Of a DNA stretch of 64,000 bases, positions 8,601-15,700 are shown one piece after another. Every line of letters begins with the position of its first letter. Position 1 is the stretch's first letter. The DNA is from Auanema rhodensis (taxonomy: Eukaryota > Animalia > Nematoda), in assembly GCA_964057225.1 (NCBI GenBank), contig OZ059894.1, positions 4,216,001-4,280,000 on the forward strand, read 5' to 3'. Made by a program: the position numbers and the translations under genes. Under the pieces are notes generated by a model, which saw only the letters and a list, made by a program, of their open reading frames with translations, was not told the DNA's origin and did no database searches.

Positions 8601-11571
8601 AAGACTCAGAATGAGTAGAAACTTCTTAATAGGGGACATAGAGAAAGCGTTCCACCAAATAGAATTAGACGAAAGTCATAGAGATTTAACAAGAATTTTA
8701 TGGGTGAAAGACATTCACAAAGGAACGCAGAAAAGTAACATTCTAAACTTACGATTTACAAGAATACCTTTTGGAGTGAACAGTTCACCATTTCTATTAG
8801 CAGCAAGCATAATTTATTTTTTAAAAACGGAAAAAAGTGAAATCTCAGAAAATATATTAAGAAACATTTATGTGGACAACATAATGCTGAAAATTGAAAA
8901 TAAAGATCAAATTTTCAAATTTTATGAGGAAGTAAAAAATTTATTTTCAAAAATAGGAATGAACGTTAGAGAATTTTATACTAATGATGTAATTCAAAAA
9001 GACATGATCCCAATCAAAGACCAGATTAAAGAAACAAGCTTCAAAATACTAGGAATGCATTACAACGGTGAAAAAGATGTTTTATTAATAAAAATACCCA
9101 AATGGGAAGAGAAGTCTATAACCAAAAGAGGAATTTTGAGCTATATAAACTCAATATTCGACCCTCTCGGTATAACACAACCTCTAACATTAAAACTAAG
9201 GTTATTTTTGAAAGAAATTTGGGATTCCAAAATAGGATGGGACGAACTAATACCAGAAAAACAACAATCAGTATGGAAAACCTTATATAAAAAGATCGAA
9301 AACGAAAAAATCGAAATTAAAAGAGCAATTATCGATGAAACAAGCGATACATCTCAAAAATATGAATTTTTATTATTCACTGACGCGTCTAAAGATGTCA
9401 TAGCGGCCGTCGCATATGTGATGAGTATAAATATTCATGGAAAAATTGAAAAAATAGATTTTTTATGCTCTAAATCATCGACAATGGTTGAAGGAACCAT
9501 ACCAATGAAAGAACTAACTGCTGTTCTTTTCGGAATGAAAATGTTAAAAGAAAATATCAAAGAAATAAACGTAAAAATCAAAAATATTAAAATTTTCACT
9601 GATTCACAAGTTGTTCTATGTTGGTTACATAAGAATCCAACGAAAAAAATATATATACGGAACAGATTGAACAAAATAACAGAATTAATAACCGAAATTG
9701 AACAAGGAAACCGAAAAATTGAATTTTTTTATGTGAATACAAAGTTTAATCCTGCCGATTTACCTACGAGAGGTTTAGAAAAACCCGATGAAACATATAT
9801 GCAATGGATCGAAGGTCCTCAATGGTATAAAGCAGAAAAAGAACGAAATTTGCACATAAAAACATTGAAAGAAGTTATAGAAAAGTATTGTGATGAACCA
9901 CAACTAAAAATAGTGACTTTGTTGTTAAAATCTGAAATGAATCCAGCTGAGAATCAAGATTTAGATTTCTTGGCACAAACTTTTTCATCGTATTCAAAGT
10001 TCATTAACATAATTCGCCAAGTTCTAATTTTCATCACTAAAATGCAGAAAAATATCGGAAAAACAAGTCAAAATCTGCTTGAGAATTTTTATGAAAAAGA
10101 TACGTTGACAAAAAACAAAATGATTCAACAACTTCTAATAAAATGTCATCAAAACCAAAACAGCAATTTGCTTAAAAAAGAAAAATACAAGAAATTGGAT
10201 ATAATTACAGATGATTCTGGAATATTAAGAGTGCGAGGCCGATTAGGCAACTCAGAAAATAGTAACAAACAGTATCCAATTCTTCTTTTTGGAAAAAAAA
10301 CATTCACTAAACTCATTCTTACTCACATTCATGAGACATCGCTTCATAGTTCGCGAGAAACCATGATGGCAATAGTAAGAAGAGAATTTTTCATCATAAA
10401 ACTTAAAACATGCATAAATACAGTAATTTCAAAATGTTTAAAATGTAAAAAATTAAATAATAGGCCATATAAATACCCAAATTATCCTCAATTACCAAAA
10501 GAAAGAGTCCTAATATATAAACCTTTCGAAAATATAGGTATTGATTACGCCGGTCCGTTATTAGTAAAAACAAATAGTAATTATGACAAGAAGGTTTGGA
10601 TTATGTTAATTACTTGCCTGTGTACACGAGCAGTATATTTGGATTTAGCCAATGATTGCTCCAGTAAAGAATTAACACTAAATCTGAGAAAATTTTTTGC
10701 TCGAAAACGAGTACCAACAAAAATAATATCAGATAACGGCAGTCAGTTTATAAAAACTGATAAAATTCTCGAAACTTTCATTGAAAAAAAGCATGTAAAC
10801 TGGCAAAAAATAACTCCTTATTCACCATGGAAAGGAGGATTTTATGAAAGATTGATTGGAGTAACAAAAAAGTACTTAATAAAAACACTTGGAACAAGAA
10901 CAGTTTATTTCAATGAATTAAGTACAATTTTAACAGAAATTGAAAATATAATAAATTCGAGACCTATATCGTACATACATGACGATTTTGACAAAATAAT
11001 AACTCCTAAAAGTCTAGAGTACTACCATTCAGAAAACCTCATTTGCGAATTCTCGGATAATGCAAAGAAAACAAATTTATCTCAAATTAACGAAATAAAA
11101 GACTGGATGAGTATTTGCAATAGAACTATTTCGGAATTTTGGAGAGAATGGTCTTTAACTTACCTTGAAGAACTAAGAGCATTATCTAACAAGAGTGCTA
11201 TCAACAAAAACTGTAATAAAACAAATCCCAAAGTTGGTGAAATTGTTTTATGCATTGAAAATAACGTAAAAAGACACAAATGGCCACTTGCAATTATTGA
11301 AGAATTGATATATTCGCAAGATGGAGAGATCAGAACCGTCAAAATTAGAAATTCTGAAGGGAATCGATTTCTCAGATCTATTAATCATCTCATCCCTCTG
11401 GAAATATCAGAAAATACACCAAATAACGAAGAAAATCATAGAATAAACAGTGAATCATTGCAAAATCATGAAAAAAGTAATGAACCAAAAAATATAAAAG
11501 AGGATAATCCAGAATTATGGAAAAATAGACTTCGGAATATCGAAAAAATTGACTACACTATGTTCTTTTAG
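5626..11571 (+). CDS. gag-pol: BEL/Pao Gag-Pol polyprotein, 1981 aa (Gag with three Zn knuckles, aspartic protease, reverse transcriptase, RNase H, integrase)
   Basis: Uninterrupted ORF. Gag region KFDGEIKKFKEFY (DUF1759-like). Knuckles CIYCRMDNHDTKYC, CWICFSKKHSSFEC, CEICNGRHHQSIC (about 7150-7338). Protease LFDTCS (about 7645). RT motifs YYIPHH, KLRIVLNAS, DIEKAFHQI, RIPFGVNSSPFLL and YVDN (8869-8880). Pao-type IFDPLG. RNase H FTDAS/ELTA/FTDSQ/NPADLPTRG. Integrase HETSLH..CLKC, IDYAGP, SDNGSQF, GGFYERLIG, and C-terminal FWREWSLTYL/WPLAIIEEL. Confidence 0.97.
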   Translation: MSSQGNKNDNSAYKSAIQRKINCTLARREKIKIIFDSDLNEMEVYLPEIKEYLNYFVRFMESVISLRIEEDFPIIKEKVENSIIIENWEIIKNEIYFIAKNINSDIQSASREEIKLCIRNFKLNEKDFLEAINQKDLIEIEEEPSDNEEETQFSSEEDLESEYEKLSQRFTPTNFKINQLKSKHAKCVYQTPIKKGTPNLIISPRAKQTVQYKENDLLSKIKQLTNNLNELKTKYNEEIGKTHKKCVIHKRTEKYESNEEYNTESDEENISYGKNKHKIMKNEGFKPKMELQKFDGEIKKFKEFYNMFKMLIHNNKKITKLEKLYYLKTSLTGFPSQLLEHISLEANNYAKALKLLKDTFDRPYEIKKDLKMELSNVRKSYNNPIHARENFYKIKSIISALEEYENVDNDEIIEIIKSKFDIEINTKISEIEITEKRRMNIEDVLKCIEIKIEAGIAATKNSKSEKYEHRSTINFLTNSNKERKPKTIKNYNRMNENNYSPTKQIEKTCIYCRMDNHDTKYCRKLKPISEKRNIIMQNKVCWICFSKKHSSFECKEKPCEICNGRHHQSICIKNQYANEQTTLKNNRNAYANEGTPNQNERKYYANEERPETSTNRWQSRTIRAKFSNNEKCNRKGIIRTNLLSENINNTEKNRNNTFFISFFKTYHKNLVILFDTCSHQSFIKEKTAKLLNLKILNEKSLSISSINNNIKNISSREVMWDIPEVKKAVKLMSIDQITKYVNMPILNEEDIKEIKAYKLKSNTLLFEKGLVEPDILIGMDNFFDFVPKTFKSINIRNDLIIIPTIIHPIIAQSDCNDSNSKESVQNEDISCFLNGISLNNDNKKATKEEIRKYEDKMAWKHFYDNVQYVNDRIKVKFPIRPDVQSINDNYGKSIGCLNGILNTMKDKTDILMKYNETMMEQMKTGILEIAPEQNHPFFTYYIPHHYVLKLSSLTTKLRIVLNASSKKKNEKSLNDILYQGEGIIPSLAGMLIRLRMSRNFLIGDIEKAFHQIELDESHRDLTRILWVKDIHKGTQKSNILNLRFTRIPFGVNSSPFLLAASIIYFLKTEKSEISENILRNIYVDNIMLKIENKDQIFKFYEEVKNLFSKIGMNVREFYTNDVIQKDMIPIKDQIKETSFKILGMHYNGEKDVLLIKIPKWEEKSITKRGILSYINSIFDPLGITQPLTLKLRLFLKEIWDSKIGWDELIPEKQQSVWKTLYKKIENEKIEIKRAIIDETSDTSQKYEFLLFTDASKDVIAAVAYVMSINIHGKIEKIDFLCSKSSTMVEGTIPMKELTAVLFGMKMLKENIKEINVKIKNIKIFTDSQVVLCWLHKNPTKKIYIRNRLNKITELITEIEQGNRKIEFFYVNTKFNPADLPTRGLEKPDETYMQWIEGPQWYKAEKERNLHIKTLKEVIEKYCDEPQLKIVTLLLKSEMNPAENQDLDFLAQTFSSYSKFINIIRQVLIFITKMQKNIGKTSQNLLENFYEKDTLTKNKMIQQLLIKCHQNQNSNLLKKEKYKKLDIITDDSGILRVRGRLGNSENSNKQYPILLFGKKTFTKLILTHIHETSLHSSRETMMAIVRREFFIIKLKTCINTVISKCLKCKKLNNRPYKYPNYPQLPKERVLIYKPFENIGIDYAGPLLVKTNSNYDKKVWIMLITCLCTRAVYLDLANDCSSKELTLNLRKFFARKRVPTKIISDNGSQFIKTDKILETFIEKKHVNWQKITPYSPWKGGFYERLIGVTKKYLIKTLGTRTVYFNELSTILTEIENIINSRPISYIHDDFDKIITPKSLEYYHSENLICEFSDNAKKTNLSQINEIKDWMSICNRTISEFWREWSLTYLEELRALSNKSAINKNCNKTNPKVGEIVLCIENNVKRHKWPLAIIEELIYSQDGEIRTVKIRNSEGNRFLRSINHLIPLEISENTPNNEENHRINSESLQNHEKSNEPKNIKEDNPELWKNRLRNIEKIDYTMFF
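7351..7476 (+). repeat. Degenerate 42-bp (14-aa) triple repeat in the Gag-protease linker
   Basis: TATGCTAATGA at 7351, 7393 and 7435, giving YANE three times at 14-aa spacing. Confidence 0.8.
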
Positions 11572-11727
11572 CTATAACAACATTGAATTAAATTAAATTT
11601 TGTAGATGAATAGTGTAGTTTCTAGAATAAAAAAAAAAAAAAAATATATATATATTAATTTTAAATAAAAAGTAATTCAAATTATGTGAAGAGAGTTAAT
11701 CGGTCGTTTTTTTTGCGGCGGATGATT

Positions 11728-11819
11728 CGTGACACGTCATAACGTTACGTGAACGTCACGTAAAGTCACGCAACCAGAAATAGTATATAAAGAAAAGAAT
11801 CTAACAGAAAAATTCATTT
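11728..11819 (+). promoter_or_regulatory. Putative internal Pol II promoter for the 3' accessory gene
   Basis: Cluster of CGTGAC/ACGTCA/GTCACG motifs (11728-11772), TATATAAA at 11784-11791, Inr-like TCATTT at 11814-11819 about 30 nt downstream, then ATG at 11823. Confidence 0.6.
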
Positions 11820-11822
11820 CTC

Positions 11823-12325
11823 ATGAAGGAACAGAACGAAATCATGAATGATTATGAAGAACTACTTCTGGAGGAAGGAATTGAAGAAAACCAAGCAACC
11901 ACCGACAATCTCATAGAAAGAATATCTTTTCTGGAGAAACACGTGGTTACTATGTGTGAAGCACTGAAGAAATTGAATGATATTTACTCTGAAAAACGAG
12001 AGATAAGTAGTAAACAACCAGAAAAGGTATATAATTTAATAATAAACAACTTATAAATAACAAAAAATTATTTAAGAAAGATGGTACATCAACTATAACA
12101 TATAAACCGAAGGCATACTGCAAACTCTGTAAAAAAGAACACAACACCGAAAAATGTTCCCAACATCCATCTAAACTTTCTAAGTTTACCAAAGCAGTCT
12201 CTATGAAGTTATGCTTACTCTGTCTTAACAGACATAAAGGAGATTGCACAAAAGCAAAAATTTGTAAATTTTGTAATTTGAAGCAGTATAATTTTATTAT
12301 CTGCCCATGTACCAAACGAAAATAA
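11823..12325 (+). CDS. Predicted two-exon accessory protein, 150 aa (acidic/coiled-coil-like N-terminus + Cys/His Zn-knuckle-like C-terminus); exons 11823-12026 and 12077-12325
   Basis: Donor AAG|GTATAT at 12027 and acceptor TTTAAG| at 12076 define a 50-nt AT-rich phase-0 intron containing the exon-1 stop. Exon 2 reads KDGTSTITYKPKAYCKLCKKEHNTEKCSQHPSKLSKFTKAVSMKLCLLCLNRHKGDCTKAKICKFCNLKQYNFIICPCTKRK*. AATAAA at 12321 and 12340. Confidence 0.7.
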
Positions 12326-12392
12326 ACATTTTTAAATGAAATAAAATGAATTCTTTCGTGAAACATATTAAAAAACCCGATTCGGGCTGGAA

Positions 12393-12710
12393 TGTTTCGT
12401 ATATTATACGAAATTTAATGAAAGTAACGGAGAAACTATTAAAAAAGTGAGAATTCATTAAATATTAAAATCATCCTGAAAAGAAATTATTCATTAATCA
12501 TTTATTCTCATTTGGTTTGAGAAAACCGGTTGAATACGCGTCACGTCATAAGCGCGTGAAATTGACGTAACGAGGACTAAAAAGTTATCTTTCAGTTCAC
12601 ATAGTTGGCTCATAGCGCGTAGTCGCATATTTAATAATATATATCGTGATTCATAAAATATTTCTTATAAATAAATCATTTTCATTATATTTCGTTTTAA
12701 TTTCGAGATA
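12393..12710 (+). repeat. 3' LTR (318 bp)
   Basis: Direct repeat of 3917-4234, followed by the TSD and resumption of the satellite in register. Confidence 0.96.
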
Positions 12711-12715
12711 ACATA
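12711..12715 (+). other. Right target-site duplication ACATA
   Basis: ...CGAGATA|ACATA|CACTAATGC; the satellite continues exactly where it was interrupted. Confidence 0.9.
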
Positions 12716-15700
12716 CACTAATGCATCATTTTTCAAAAGATCATAACTAATTTTTGTATCAAGCGTTTCTCAATGTAGTATAGTGCGTTCGATGCGGATT
12801 TTTAAGCTGCGTCGATCTGTGTTATCAGATTTGCGCTAGCTTAAAAATGCACCGAGATATCAACTGATATAAGTTCACACTTATATCCTCGATTTTCACC
12901 CTGAAGAATTAATTTTTTCGTTGAATAACATTGTCCATCGTCTTTGCCTTGAAAAATGGAATCTAAAAACATCTACTTTTTGCTAAATTATTTTGAAATT
13001 TTTCGAAACAATTTTTGTCAAAATGTTTTTGGAAGCAATGTTGAGTGTACATGGAAACTCAACATACACTAATGCATCATTTTTCTAACGATCATAACTA
13101 ATTTTTGTATTAAGCTTTTCTCAATGTAGTATAGTGCATTCGATGCAGATTTTTAAGCTGCGTCGATCTGTGTTATCAGATTTGCGCTAGCTTAAAAATG
13201 CACCGAGATATCAACTGATATAAGTTCACACTTATATCCTCGATTTTCACCCTGAAGAATTAACTTTTTCGTTGAATAACATTGTCTATCGTCTTTGCCT
13301 TGAAAAATGGAATCTAAAAACATCTACTATTTGCTAAATTATTTTGAAATTTTTCGAAAAAATTTTTGTCAAAATGTTTTTGGAAGCAATGTTGAGTGTA
13401 CATGGAAACTCAACATACACTAATGCATCATTTTTCAAACGATCATAACTAATTTTTGTATCAAGCGTTTTTCAATGTAGTATAGTGCATTCGATGCGGA
13501 TTTTTAAGCTGCGTCGATCTGTGTTATCAGATTTGCGCTAGCTTAAAAATGCACCGAGATATCAACTGATATAAGTTCACACTTATATCCTCGATTTTCA
13601 CCCTGAAGAAATAATTTTTTCGTTGAATATTATTGTCCATCGTCTTTGCCTTAAAAAAAGGAATCTAAAAACATCTACTTTTTGCTAAATTATTTTGAAA
13701 TTTTTCGAAAAAATTTTTGTCAAAATGTTTTTGGAAGCAATGTTGAGTGTACATGGAAACTCAACATACACTAATGCATCATTTTTCAAAAGATCATAAC
13801 TAATTTTTGTATCAAGCGTTTCTCAATGTAGTATAGTGCGTTCGATGCGGATTTTTAAGCTGCGTCGATCTGTGTTATCAGATTTGCGCTAGCTTAAAAA
13901 TGCACCGAGATATCAACTGATATAAGTTCACACTTATATCCTCGATTTTCACCCTGAAGAATTAATTTTTTCGTTGAATAACATTGTCCATCGTCTTTGC
14001 CTTGAAAAATGGAATCTAAAAACATCTACTTTTTGCTAAATTATTTTGAAATTTTTCGAAACAATTTTTGTCAAAATGTTTTTGGAAGCAATGTTGAGTG
14101 TACATGGAAACTCAACATACACTAATGCATCATTTTTCTAAAGATCATAACTAATTTTTGTATTAAGCTTTTCTCAATGTAGTATAGTGCATTCGATGCA
14201 GATTTTTAAGCTGCGTCGATCTGTGTTATCAGATTTGCGCTAGCTTAAAAATGCACCGAGATATCAACTGATATAAGTTCACACTTATATCCTCGATTTT
14301 CACCCTGAAGAAATAATTTTTTCGTTGAATAACATTGTCCATCGTCTTTGCCTTGAAAAATGGAATCTAAAAACATCTACTTTTTGCTAAATTATCTTGA
14401 AATTTTTCGAAACAATTTTTGTCAAAATGTTTTTGGAAGCAATGTTGAGTGTACATGGAAACTCAACATACACTAATGCATCATTTTTCAAACGATCATA
14501 ACTAATTTTTGTATCAAGCGTTTCTTAATGTAGTATAGTGCATTCGATGCGGATTTTTAAGCTGCGTCGATCTGTGTTATCAGATTTGCGCTAGCTTAAA
14601 AATGCACCGAGATATCAACTGATATAAGTTCACACTTATATCCTCGATTTTCACCCTGAAGAAATAATTTTTTCGTTGAATATTATTGTCCATCGTCTTT
14701 GCCTTAAAAAAAGGAATCTAAAAACATCTACTTTTTGCTAAATTATTTTGAAATTTTTCGAAAAAATTTTTGTCAAAATGTTTTTGGAAGCAATGTTGAG
14801 TGTACATGGAAACTCAACATACACTAATGCATCATTTTTCAAAAGATCATAACTAATTTTTGTATCAAGCGTTTCTCAATGTAGTATAGTGCGTTCGATG
14901 CGGATTTTTAAGCTGCGTCGATCTGTGTTATCAGATTTGCGCTAGCTTAAAAATGCACCGAGATATCAACTGATATAAGTTCACACTTATATCCTCGATT
15001 TTCACCCTGAAGAATTAATTTTTTCGTTGAATAACATTGTCCATCGTCTTTGCCTTGAAAAATGGAATCTAAAAACATCTACTTTTTGCTAAATTATTTT
15101 GAAATTTTTCGAAACAATTTTTGTCAAAATGTTTTTGGAAGCAATGTTGAGTGTACATGGAAACTCAACATACACTAATGCATCATTTTTCTAAAGATCA
15201 TAACTAATTTTTGTATTAAGCTTTTCTCAATGTAGTATAGTGCATTCGATGCAGATTTTTAAGCTGCGTCGATCTGTGTTATCAGATTTGCGCTAGCTTA
15301 AAAATGCACCGAGATATCAACTGATATAAGTTCACACTTATATCCTCGATTTTCACCCTGAAGAAATAATTTTTTCGTTGAATAACATTGTCCATCGTCT
15401 TTGCCTTGAAAAATGGAATCTAAAAACATCTACTTTTTGCTAAATTATCTTGAAATTTTTCGAAACAATTTTTGTCAAAATGTTTTTGGAAGCAATGTTG
15501 AGTGTACATGGAAACTCAACATACACTAATGCATCATTTTTCAAACGATCATAACTAATTTTTGTATCAAGCGTTTCTTAATGTAGTATAGTGCATTCGA
15601 TGCGGATTTTTAAGCTGCGTCGATCTGTGTTATCAGATTTGCGCTAGCTTAAAAATGCACCGAGATATCAACTGATATAAGTTCACACTTATATCCTCGA

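Larger units (their letters stand above)
3917..12710 (+). mobile_element. Full-length BEL/Pao-family LTR retrotransposon (8794 bp) with an internal inverted duplication
   Basis: Direct 318-bp terminal repeats, 5-bp TSD ACATA on both sides, PBS after the 5' LTR, and a single Gag-Pol ORF in PR-RT-RH-IN order with BEL/Pao motifs. Confidence 0.97.

Noticed and set aside
4170-11342. Short alternative-frame or antisense ORFs (4170, 4299, 5131, 5787, 6798, 7060, 7352, 7434, 9102, 9435, 11160)
   Set aside because: They overlap gag-pol or its inverted copy and are expected by chance in A-rich coding DNA. The identical pairs (4299/9102 and 5131/9435) only reflect the inverted duplication.
11823-12056. 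77-aa unspliced ORF as a complete gene, or as env
   Set aside because: Its last 9 codons lie in a predicted intron and the spliced model explains the downstream Cys-rich frame better. It has no signal peptide or TM helix and is far too short for Env.
11950-12366. 138-aa minus-strand ORF
   Set aside because: It is the antisense shadow of the accessory gene. The plus strand has the splice signals, promoter and Cys/His motifs.
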